46,866 bases of DNA, taken from Burkholderiales bacterium. Its GTDB lineage: Bacteria; Pseudomonadota; Gammaproteobacteria; Burkholderiales; Casimicrobiaceae. A model generated the notes under the pieces. The model did no database searches. It saw nothing but the letters and a program-made list of their open reading frames with translations, and was not told the origin of the DNA. This document shows, piece after piece, positions 37,267 through 45,900 of this stretch. Position 1 is the stretch's first letter, and the number at the start of each line of letters is the position of its first letter. A program made the translations under genes and the position numbers. The stretch is from assembly GCA_025925475.1 (NCBI GenBank), contig JAICLP010000001.1, forward strand, positions 1 to 46,866, in the 5' to 3' direction.

Positions 37267-38241
37267 TCAGTTCGCCTTCGCGCCGGTATCGCGAATGACC
37301 TTGGCCCAGCGCGGCGTTTCCCAGCGAATGTATTGCGCGAATTCGGCCGGCGTGCTCGCCACGACTTCGAACTGAATGTCGGTCAAGCGCTTCGTCACGT
37401 CGGGCTCGTGCAGCGCCCGAACGAGCTCGGTGTGATAACGATCGATGATCGCCTGCGGCGTGCCGGCGGGTGCGAGAAATCCGATCCACGCCGTCGCCTC
37501 GAAGTCCTTGAACCCGGACTCGATCAGCGTCGGCACATCGGGTGTCGCAGGAAAGCGGTGCCTGCCGGTTGATGCAATCACACGCAGCTTGCCATCCTTC
37601 AGATAGGGAAGGACGTTGCCCGGAACGAGGAACGCTGCCTGGACGTTGCCGGCAAGGAGGTCGGCGACGGCGGGCGCCGATCCCTTGTACGGGATATGGA
37701 CGATGTTCAGTCCAGCGGCGGACTTGAACATTTCCATCGTCAGGTGCGAAGCGCTGCCGATCGAAATCGAGCCATAGCTCAATTTGCCCGGATGCGCCTT
37801 CGCGTACTGAATGAATTCGGCGACGTCATGCACGGGCAGCGTGGGATTCACCGTCAGGAATTGCGGTGTCGTGACCGCGAGGGTGATCGGAATCAGATCC
37901 TTCTGCGGGTTGTAGGGCAGCTTGTCGAAGAGCGTGACGTTCACGGTGATGGGCGCCGTGTATCCGACGAGAATCGTTTCGCCGTTGGGCGCGGACTTTG
38001 CGACGAGATCGGTCCCGATGTTGCCACCGGCACCTCCCTTGTCCTCGACGATCACCGGCTGGCCGAGTGCCTTCTCGAGCTTGGGAGCGACGAGCCGGGC
38101 GAGGATGTCCACCGTGCCGCCTTGAACGGGCACGATCAGGCGCACGGGGTTCGATGGCTTCCAGTCGGCCGCATGACCCAGCATGGGAACGATCACGCCA
38201 ACCATGATCGACAGCAGGCGAACCACGACTTCGATGCGCAT
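37267..38241 (-). CDS. Bug/TctC tripartite tricarboxylate transporter substrate-binding protein
   Basis: VRLIVP..GGTVDILAR, GAGGNIG, YGS...GSASHL, HIPYKGSAPA, PDVPTL.E.G; ATG at 38241. Confidence 0.92.
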   Translation of the reverse strand: MRIEVVVRLLSIMVGVIVPMLGHAADWKPSNPVRLIVPVQGGTVDILARLVAPKLEKALGQPVIVEDKGGAGGNIGTDLVAKSAPNGETILVGYTAPITVNVTLFDKLPYNPQKDLIPITLAVTTPQFLTVNPTLPVHDVAEFIQYAKAHPGKLSYGSISIGSASHLTMEMFKSAAGLNIVHIPYKGSAPAVADLLAGNVQAAFLVPGNVLPYLKDGKLRVIASTGRHRFPATPDVPTLIESGFKDFEATAWIGFLAPAGTPQAIIDRYHTELVRALHEPDVTKRLTDIQFEVVASTPAEFAQYIRWETPRWAKVIRDTGAKAN

Positions 38242-38332
38242 CTTCGTTCCTCCGCATTCACTTTGGTTCATGCGAGGGCGTCGAGCACCTCGCACGCGCG
38301 ACAAGCATTGAATCGACCAACTCATTGCAGGT

Positions 38333-39601
38333 TCAGATCGAGAACACGGGTGTTTCCAGGCTGCGCAGCGCTTCCCGCGCCCAATCGTCTGCCTTGACGC
38401 CGTGGTCGAGCAACACCGAGGCAGCGCGCACACGTTGTGAAACGGGATCGAGTGCCGGAGGCTCGACGCCCTGCTCGAGCGCCCGTGCCGCACGAGCGAG
38501 CATGCGCCGCGCCATGGCAATCGGCTTGTCGGTGCTGACGAGATGCTCCTTCGAATAGTCCTGCATCGGTCCCATGCTCTCCTGCAGCGAAGCATCCTGG
38601 ATCGAGAACCCTTCCACGCCGCTGAACGAGCGCAGCGCCTTCTGCGCGCCGCGATCGACCAGCCAATCATTGCCCGGATTGGCGAGCGGAAGGAAGCTGC
38701 CCGGGATGTATTTCACATGGATCCCCTTGCCCTCCTTCATCGCCTGAAGCTCCTCCTCCGGCAGCGGCCGATCGGGCAGGAAATTGATGCTCCATGCCCA
38801 GCAGTTTTCATCGTCGATCGGCACCCAGATGTGGCCGCCCAACGCATGAGGTCCGAACGGCGGAATCAGCGTGAACCACGGGAAGATCCACTGCGTGATG
38901 CGCCAGTAATGCGATCCCGCCTCGCCGTTGCGCCGGCCGAAGATCGTGAGCCCGTGCGGCGACTCCTCCAGGTCGAAAACCGCGTTGCGATCGGCCTTGA
39001 TGTACTTGTTGGCGTACGCGTGCTTGTGCATCGGATCGTGGTCGAGCTCGTACCGGTGCACCCATGACGCGTGCGTCGTGTCGATCCCGCCTTCCAGCGC
39101 CTGCAGCCAGCCGGTACGCTGGAAGCGCTTGCTGACATAGCGATGAGTCGGCGGCAACATGCACCACTCGAGCTCCGGCGGCGCCGGCTGCCTGTCCGGC
39201 GGACCCATGTATGCCCACACGATGTCGCCGCGCTCGATGCATGGGTACGCAGCGAGCTTCATCTTGCACGCGAGCGCCGGCACCGACGGCAATTCAACGC
39301 ATTGGCCAGTGACGTCGTACTTCCAGCCGTGATACGAGCAGCGAATGCCGCCCTCCTCGTTGCGCCCGAGAAACAGCGACGCACCGCGGTGAGCGCAGAA
39401 CTCGTCGATCAACCCCGGCCGGCCCGAGCTGTCGCGAAAGGCAAGCAGCCTTTCACCGAGAATCCGGACGCGCACCGGCGCGCAGTCGGGCTCGGCGATC
39501 TCGGAGCAAAGCAGCACCGGCACCCAATAGCGACGCATCAGATTGCCCATGCGCGTCCCGGGCCCTGTCCGAACCAGCACCTCGACGGTTTCCTTGTCCA
39601 T
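38333..39601 (-). CDS. Rieske oxygenase alpha subunit, phthalate 4,5-dioxygenase/CbaA/LigX family
   Basis: GPGTRMGNLMRRYWVP, CAHRGASL, CSYHGWKYD, EGGIDTTHASWVH, QDASLQESMG, EHLVSTD; ATG at 39601. Confidence 0.92.
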   Translation of the reverse strand: MDKETVEVLVRTGPGTRMGNLMRRYWVPVLLCSEIAEPDCAPVRVRILGERLLAFRDSSGRPGLIDEFCAHRGASLFLGRNEEGGIRCSYHGWKYDVTGQCVELPSVPALACKMKLAAYPCIERGDIVWAYMGPPDRQPAPPELEWCMLPPTHRYVSKRFQRTGWLQALEGGIDTTHASWVHRYELDHDPMHKHAYANKYIKADRNAVFDLEESPHGLTIFGRRNGEAGSHYWRITQWIFPWFTLIPPFGPHALGGHIWVPIDDENCWAWSINFLPDRPLPEEELQAMKEGKGIHVKYIPGSFLPLANPGNDWLVDRGAQKALRSFSGVEGFSIQDASLQESMGPMQDYSKEHLVSTDKPIAMARRMLARAARALEQGVEPPALDPVSQRVRAASVLLDHGVKADDWAREALRSLETPVFSI

Positions 39602-39643
39602 GCGTTCTTCCCTTCGGCGCAATCGCGCGGCGCACGCGATTTG

Positions 39644-39657
39644 GTAAGTATACTTAC
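39644..39657. promoter_or_regulatory. Perfect 14-bp palindrome GTAAGTATACTTAC, probable MarR operator
   Basis: AT-rich perfect inverted repeat in the 62-bp gap between the divergent Rieske and MarR genes. Confidence 0.75.
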
Positions 39658-39663
39658 GGCGCC

Positions 39664-40182
39664 ATGGCGCGCCCGATGACGCTCGCCGATCTCTACGCAC
39701 GTCCCGGATTCCTGCTGCGCCGCGCGCACCAGATCGCGGTCGGCATTTTCGTCGAGGAGTGTGCGCCCTTCAACCTCACGCCGCCGCAGCACAGCACGCT
39801 CATCGTGATCGGCCACTGTCCCGGGATCGACCAGGCGGCGCTCGCGCGTGCGATCGGGTTCGACCGCGCGACCATCGGGCTCGTCGTCGAGCGGCTCGAG
39901 GCTCGCGGTTTGCTGAAGCGACAGCGTGCGAGTGACGACAAGCGCCGCAAGACGCTCGTCCTCACGCCGCAGGGACGTGCGCTGATGCGGCGGGCGGCCG
40001 CCGCGATTGAACGTACCTCGGAGCGGCTCCTCGCGCCGCTTCGTCCAGGCGATCGGCGAACGTTCGTCGATTTCCTGATGCACGTCGCGCGCGAGCTCAA
40101 CGAGTCGTCGCGTTCGCCCGTCATTGCCCCTGCCGAGGCGCACGAGCGGCGACGACCGGTGCCGCGCCTTCGAAAAGCGTGA
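39664..40182 (+). CDS. MarR family regulator
   Basis: RPGFLLRRAHQ, LTPPQ, GIDQAALARAIGFDRATIG..V.RLE.RGL, DKRRKTLVLTPQG. Confidence 0.92.
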   Translation: MARPMTLADLYARPGFLLRRAHQIAVGIFVEECAPFNLTPPQHSTLIVIGHCPGIDQAALARAIGFDRATIGLVVERLEARGLLKRQRASDDKRRKTLVLTPQGRALMRRAAAAIERTSERLLAPLRPGDRRTFVDFLMHVARELNESSRSPVIAPAEAHERRRPVPRLRKA

Positions 40183-40231
40183 AGCGAACCGTCACGCGGC
40201 TTCCACCTCGCAAAGAGCGATACTGCGACGC

Positions 40232-42505
40232 ATGAACGAGCCAACGGAAGCAGCGCGCGATTCGGAAGCCGAACGCGACGCATTGCACGGGGCGAAACCG
40301 AGGTCCGCATTTCGCGACAGAATGTGGAACATCGGTCGCGACGCATTCAAGGACTCGATCGCGGGGATCATTGCGTCGATCGTGCTCATTGCCAATATCG
40401 TCTCGTTCGGTGCGCTCATGTTCCCCGGCGCGCTCGGCGACGGAATTCCAGTCGCGATCTGGGCGATGCTGATCGGCAGTTGCGTGGGTGGCGTCTGGAT
40501 TGCGCTGCGCACGTCGCTCCCGCCATTGACTGTCGGCATCGATTCTCCAACCGGCGCAGCGCTGGTGTTGTTGAGCGCGATCATCGCGCCTGCGGTCGTG
40601 GCCGCAGGCGAGACGCCTGCTGCGGCCGTGCAGATCGTCATGCTCGTGTTCACCGCAGCGACGCTCGTCTCGGGTGCGCTGCTCTACTGCGTCGGCGTTT
40701 TTCGTTGGGGAACGTACTGCCGGTTCGTCCCCTATTTCGTCGTCGGCGGATTTCTGGCGGCCACCGGCTGGCTGCTAGTCGTCGGTGGCATCCGGATGGC
40801 GACGGGCATCGAACCGGCGCTCGAACCCGCCGGCCCCGCATGGACATGGATCTCCACGATGAAGCTCGGCGCCGCGGTGGCTGCCTTCGTGGTGCTGCTT
40901 GCTGTGAGGCGATTCAGCAAGTCGGCGCTGGCCATGCCGGCCGCGCTTCTCGCGATGTGGTTGATCGGCGTTGTCGTTCTGCGCGGCGTGGGCTTGTCGG
41001 GCGAGCAGCACGGCTGGTATTTGCCGTCGCTTGGCGCGCTCACCGCGTGGAACCCATTTGCGGCCGTGCACGCGACGCACCTGACATGGCCGATCGTGAT
41101 CGCGCTCATGCCCCAGTTTCTTGCGGTGGCCATCGTGGCGCTGGTCTCGTTGATCACCAAGGTCGCGAGCATCGAGGTCGTGCGACAAACATCAGGCAAT
41201 CTCGACCGCGAATTCCGCGCGCACGGCATTGCAAACCTGGTCGTGCCGCCCGTTGGCGGCATCGCATGCGCGCTGCAGACCGGCCCCAGCATGCTGCTGG
41301 AACAGGCGGGCGGCGCGACGCGAATGAGCGGCGTTGCTTCGGCGCTCGTCCTTGGCATCGTCGCGATATCGCATTTCGACCTCGTTGGACTCATCCCGGT
41401 GCCCATCATCGCCGGCCTCGTCTTCTATCTCGGCTACACGTTCTTCGTCGACGCGCTTGCGCGGCCCTATATGCAGCGCGCGTGGGAGGACCTGCTGCTC
41501 GCAATTCTCATCATGCTCGTGTGCATCCGATACGGATTCGTCATCGGCGTGCTCGCCGGCGTCGTGGGTGCGTGCGTGCGATTCGCACTCACCTACGCTC
41601 GCCTGGGCGTCATACGGCGCCACGCAACGCGCGTCCTGTTCGCGAGCAACGTCGACCGCTCCGAAGAGGCCTCTTCGTATTTGCATGAATCGGGTGAAGC
41701 CATCCAGCTCTACTGGCTCTCGGGCTACATCTTCTTCGGCTCGTCCGAAGGGCTCTTCGATCGCATCCGCGGCGACATCGACTTGCGACCCCCGGGTACG
41801 GTCGCCTACATCGTTGTCGATTTCGCGATGGTGCCCGGGATCGATGCGTCGGCCGTCATGAGCCTCGCGAAGTTGCACCATTTTTGCGATCGGCACGGCA
41901 TTGCGCTCGTGTATTGCTCGCTGTCGCGACGCAATCGCGCAGCGCTCGAACAGGGCGGATTCCTGGGCGACGGTCGCCACCGGGCCTTTTCAGACCTCGA
42001 CATCGGCCTCGCATGGTGCGAGGACCAGCTGATCGCCAAGCAGCACCTCGATCGCGAAGCGGATGTCAGCGCGTTCGAATGGTGGCTTCAGCAACAGCTT
42101 GGCAAGTCGGTCAAGGTGGCCGACCTGATGGCGTATCTCGAGCGCAAGCGAACAGCCGGTTCGGAAACGATCTACCGCGAAGGCGAGCTTGCCGATACCG
42201 TCGATCTCGTCGCCTCGGGAAACCTCTCCGTGCATGTTTCAAAAGGCGGCGGCGACCTGCTCCGCGTACGGCGGATCACGACGCATACGATGCTGGGCGA
42301 GATGGGCTTCGTGCGCCGCTCGGTTCGCGCCGCGACCGTCTCGTCGGACGGTCCGGCCACGCTGTTTACGCTGACGCGTGCAGAACTTGCGCGGATGCGC
42401 CGCGAACGCCCTGACCTCGCGAACGCATTCGACAACTTCATCATGCGCACGCTCGCCGATCGGATGGAAGCGGCCAATCGGGCGGCTGCGGCGCTGGTGG
42501 GGTAG
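40232..42505 (+). CDS. SulP family anion transporter with STAS and cyclic-nucleotide-binding domains
   Basis: Multiple TM segments, RFVPYFVVGGFLA, LDREFRAHG.AN, STAS segment LSGYIFFGS...DF..V.GIDASA, cNMP segment LGEMGF...RAATV. Confidence 0.9.
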   Translation: MNEPTEAARDSEAERDALHGAKPRSAFRDRMWNIGRDAFKDSIAGIIASIVLIANIVSFGALMFPGALGDGIPVAIWAMLIGSCVGGVWIALRTSLPPLTVGIDSPTGAALVLLSAIIAPAVVAAGETPAAAVQIVMLVFTAATLVSGALLYCVGVFRWGTYCRFVPYFVVGGFLAATGWLLVVGGIRMATGIEPALEPAGPAWTWISTMKLGAAVAAFVVLLAVRRFSKSALAMPAALLAMWLIGVVVLRGVGLSGEQHGWYLPSLGALTAWNPFAAVHATHLTWPIVIALMPQFLAVAIVALVSLITKVASIEVVRQTSGNLDREFRAHGIANLVVPPVGGIACALQTGPSMLLEQAGGATRMSGVASALVLGIVAISHFDLVGLIPVPIIAGLVFYLGYTFFVDALARPYMQRAWEDLLLAILIMLVCIRYGFVIGVLAGVVGACVRFALTYARLGVIRRHATRVLFASNVDRSEEASSYLHESGEAIQLYWLSGYIFFGSSEGLFDRIRGDIDLRPPGTVAYIVVDFAMVPGIDASAVMSLAKLHHFCDRHGIALVYCSLSRRNRAALEQGGFLGDGRHRAFSDLDIGLAWCEDQLIAKQHLDREADVSAFEWWLQQQLGKSVKVADLMAYLERKRTAGSETIYREGELADTVDLVASGNLSVHVSKGGGDLLRVRRITTHTMLGEMGFVRRSVRAATVSSDGPATLFTLTRAELARMRRERPDLANAFDNFIMRTLADRMEAANRAAAALVG

Positions 42506-42633
42506 CGAGCCCAGGTCGCAGCGAGACGGGCGGGAGCGCGGTATTCGACCCCGGTGCACCAAAGACAGCAATGGCAGGCTCGGAGAGAAACGGTGGGCTT
42601 GCCTCAGGTGGTAACGGTCGCATTGTTATCGTT

Positions 42634-44574
42634 TCACGAGACGCGCGGGCTGGTAGCATCGTAGGAGGCATCGGACTGCGCAGCCTTCAGGGCAGACGTT
42701 TCCTTGGACTCCATTCGCGACCGTACGAAATTTTCCGTTTCGCGATCGAGAAACACAACGTAACAGCCCTTCAGACCGCGACTCAGCAGGACCCTGTATG
42801 TGTTCTTGACGAGATCCGAAAATCGTTCGCCCGATCGCTTGACGACACTATCGTGTGAAGCGCTCTTGTCGCCGACCCACCGCTGCTGGCTGAACCGATA
42901 GGCGAGATCCGGTCCCCATATCACTCCGACGTAATCGAACTCGAAGCCTTGCGCCGTATAGACGCATCCCACCTGCTCCATTCCGCCCGGATCGTGGGCC
43001 CACAGTGGAGCGGGAGGAATACCTTTACGCACACGTCCTGCGTCCGGCCGGGCATTCCACGGGCGTGCCCAGTTTCCAATCTTTACATCAGGCACCAGTT
43101 CGGCAGCGGCGTCAGGCTTCGACCATGGCCAACAGTAGCCTGCAACGAGACGCGCTGTCGCCCCCCACGCGACGCGGCTACGAATCGCCGCTTCGAGTTC
43201 TTCGACACTGCCGAGAATCTTGAAGTCGAATTGCTCTTGCCCGGTCCAGAGTACATTTGCCGTGGGGCGGATACCGAGGGTATTGTCGACCCAGTTCACG
43301 AAACCTTGAGAGCCAGCGCAGCGGAACTGCACCTCCAGTTCAAATTGCGAAAGTTCACAACCGTGCTGCAGCGCGCTCTCCCTGATGTAATTCGTTGACC
43401 CTGTCTCGCCGGGACGGACGACCTGCTGGTCATCGATAAAGAATACCGCCGTCCGCGCGGCGTCCAGCAGTTCGTCGATCTGGCGTCGTCCGGATTTCGC
43501 TACGGCAGGCGTGAATCGATTATTGCTGGTTTCGCGAATCCGATGTGCCTCGTCGCACATCAATACGTCTATCGAGTTGCGAGGCGCATCCTTGTAATGA
43601 TGGAAATATCGGAATTGCGACTTCGCCCGGATGCCCAGAATCTTCCAGATCGTTTCGGTGAATGCTTTCGAACCCGTTGCATGTTGCGCATTGATATCCG
43701 CACGCAAGAAGTCGCCGACCAGGTTGACGGCCAACACCGACTTGCCGGTCCCCGGCCCTCCTTTCACGATGATGACTCGTTTCCTGTGATCCTCGAGGCT
43801 TCGTCTTACGGCACGGCGAATCTTCTGATATACGACCATCTGCTCGTCGAGGAGGACCCAAGGTGCGTGCTGGCGAATGGCGCCACTCAAGTGCTCCATC
43901 AGCTTTCGGCTCGCGCGCGATTTGCCGTCTTCCACCCTGGCAAGCACGGCTTTTCCGGAGCCCTTCGACAGCCTGGTCGCGAGGAACGCGGACAAATCTT
44001 CCGACTGTGTAGAATCAAACAGTTTATATTCGGCTAGCGCCTTCTCGAATTTCGGAGCGAGAAGGACGTCACCTTGACGCGCAGTGTAGTTATGCAAATA
44101 GCAGCATGCGTCCAGCCCGACCGAATCGGGCTCGTCATGGAACGCGGAGTTATTGTCCTCGAGGTACTGCTGATACTGTCCGACCTGGACGGATGGATGC
44201 AAAACGTCTCGCATGCGGCCGCCCAGTCGTGAGCAGACCAAGTCGTCGGCATCTGATTCCTCGCAAGCTTCCCACTGCTTCAGCTCCACAATTACCGCTC
44301 GATCGCGCTGCTCGCGGTCCTTGGCACAAACAAGGAAATCCAAGCGCCTGGAGCTCATCGGAAGCTGGTACTCGAGCATGACGCCATGATCGTCGAGCTG
44401 TGCGTCGGTCACGATAAGCGACATCGCTCGAAGCGAGTTTCGCCATGAGCCAATTTCGCTCGGCGATGGTCGGTAGCGGTAGTAGTGAATGAAGGCGTCG
44501 GTCAGCTTCTCGGCGATGCGATTGTGTGTCGTATCGCTTACGAATTCGGTCGACATGCCGGCGTAGAGGCGCAT
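42634..44574 (-). CDS. DUF2075 (Schlafen group 3-like) helicase/ATPase with an N-terminal PD-(D/E)XK-like nuclease domain
   Basis: EYQLP...RRLDFLV...IVELKQW; Walker A GGPGTGKS; Walker B DEAHR; QFRCAGS; GCVYTAQGFEFDYVGV; NTYRVLLSRG. Confidence 0.88.
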   Translation of the reverse strand: MRLYAGMSTEFVSDTTHNRIAEKLTDAFIHYYRYRPSPSEIGSWRNSLRAMSLIVTDAQLDDHGVMLEYQLPMSSRRLDFLVCAKDREQRDRAVIVELKQWEACEESDADDLVCSRLGGRMRDVLHPSVQVGQYQQYLEDNNSAFHDEPDSVGLDACCYLHNYTARQGDVLLAPKFEKALAEYKLFDSTQSEDLSAFLATRLSKGSGKAVLARVEDGKSRASRKLMEHLSGAIRQHAPWVLLDEQMVVYQKIRRAVRRSLEDHRKRVIIVKGGPGTGKSVLAVNLVGDFLRADINAQHATGSKAFTETIWKILGIRAKSQFRYFHHYKDAPRNSIDVLMCDEAHRIRETSNNRFTPAVAKSGRRQIDELLDAARTAVFFIDDQQVVRPGETGSTNYIRESALQHGCELSQFELEVQFRCAGSQGFVNWVDNTLGIRPTANVLWTGQEQFDFKILGSVEELEAAIRSRVAWGATARLVAGYCWPWSKPDAAAELVPDVKIGNWARPWNARPDAGRVRKGIPPAPLWAHDPGGMEQVGCVYTAQGFEFDYVGVIWGPDLAYRFSQQRWVGDKSASHDSVVKRSGERFSDLVKNTYRVLLSRGLKGCYVVFLDRETENFVRSRMESKETSALKAAQSDASYDATSPRVS

Positions 44575-44575
44575 A

Positions 44576-44950
44576 TCAAAGCTCGGTGTACTTCTTGGCA
44601 GTCCCGCGGGCTTTTTCTACAGGGTATTTCCGCGCATTCGTTGCGATCTTTCTGTCTGCTGCCTGGATCAGGTCGACGTTCAACATATCCGCAAGGCGTA
44701 TGAGATACAGAAATACGTCGGCTATTTCTTCGTCGACCCTGGCCCGCTTTTCGGGCGACATTGTCAGCGGGTCCTTGTCGGACATCCATTGAAAATGCTC
44801 GAGCAGCTCGGCAGCTTCAACGCTCAGTGCAATCGCGAGATTCTTCGGCGAATGGAATTGGTTCCAATTCCGAGCTGCGGCGAAATCCCGTAGGCAGTCA
44901 CGAAGTCGTGTCAGCGCGATTCCTTCCGCGCCTGCGTTTTCACCGCTCAT
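44576..44950 (-). CDS. MazG-like nucleotide pyrophosphohydrolase (DCTPP1/RS21-C6 type)
   Basis: FAAARNWNQFHSPKNLAIALSVEAAELLEHFQW, EEIADV, KIATNARKYP; ATG at 44950 overlaps the HNH stop (ATGA). Confidence 0.92.
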   Translation of the reverse strand: MSGENAGAEGIALTRLRDCLRDFAAARNWNQFHSPKNLAIALSVEAAELLEHFQWMSDKDPLTMSPEKRARVDEEIADVFLYLIRLADMLNVDLIQAADRKIATNARKYPVEKARGTAKKYTEL

Positions 44951-45876
44951 GCCTTGAATGTGTTTTCGTTGTGCCATTGAAGATATTCCCTGCCGGGAAA
45001 CTCTGCAGCTTCAATCGGACGGCATCTGAGCTCTTTCCCATGGTATGCATAGTATTCGCGGCCGTTCTCCCATTCCTCCTTCAGTCGAGGGCTCACCTCT
45101 AGCACTAGCGATGGGGTGACCGTTACATACCCGAGATCGAACAACTTGTGCAGGTCTGACCTCAGGAGAATTCCATTCTCGATCGAATGCGGGCCCTTTG
45201 CAGCGTACGGTTTGATGTGTGCCGCCTCGAGCACCGGCAGGGTCTTCTCACCCGTGACAGCGCATCTGCGCATGTATGCATCGGTTACCAGAACTCGAAA
45301 TGCTCCCTGACCAAGGCGCCCACGAGCGAGGTACTCAGCGCCGAAGCGGTGCTCGGCATCGACGGGCTCTATCGACCCGGTATCTCGGATGCGCAGGCCG
45401 AGATTAATTCTTTCTTGCACGGCATCCCACAGTTTTTGGCCCGCCTCTGATTCCGACTCGTAAGTCTTGCCCTGGACGATATTTGCCGCCCATGTTGGCG
45501 GCACCGGAATCCATTCGCGGCGAGGGAAGAAGAACGGCTCGGCGAGAACGTTGCATCCGATGATGGGATCAACTGACTGATCAGCGACTCGATATCGCCG
45601 TACCCTCAGTATCAAGTCGTTCAGGGAATCCACGCCGTTCTTCCGCTCAAAAGCTTCCCAGGCCAAAGACGCTGGTAATGCGGAATAGCGAACGAAGAAG
45701 CCGCCACCCACGATGAAGTTCTCCGGGCTGTGCAGCTTAAAGAGGAAAGGCTCGCCAGCTTGCAAGACACGGAAGGTTTTCGACCCGCTTGGTTGCCAGA
45801 AGTTGACCTCTTCGGGTGCGAGGCGGACCAGGTGCTCGTACCAGTTCTTGTCAGTGACGGCAACCCAGATCTTCAT
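44947..45876 (-). CDS. HNH endonuclease (putative restriction endonuclease) with an N-terminal putative DNA-recognition domain
   Basis: RLGQGAFR..V..AY..RCAVTG, LEAAHIKPY, NGILLRSDLHKLFDLG, YLQWHN. Confidence 0.9.
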   Translation of the reverse strand: MKIWVAVTDKNWYEHLVRLAPEEVNFWQPSGSKTFRVLQAGEPFLFKLHSPENFIVGGGFFVRYSALPASLAWEAFERKNGVDSLNDLILRVRRYRVADQSVDPIIGCNVLAEPFFFPRREWIPVPPTWAANIVQGKTYESESEAGQKLWDAVQERINLGLRIRDTGSIEPVDAEHRFGAEYLARGRLGQGAFRVLVTDAYMRRCAVTGEKTLPVLEAAHIKPYAAKGPHSIENGILLRSDLHKLFDLGYVTVTPSLVLEVSPRLKEEWENGREYYAYHGKELRCRPIEAAEFPGREYLQWHNENTFKA

Positions 45877-45900
45877 GGCTGTGCCGCCCCGGCGAGGATT

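Noticed and set aside
42540-42561. Intact tRNA gene
   Set aside because: No cloverleaf can be built; kept only as a low-interest possible att remnant.
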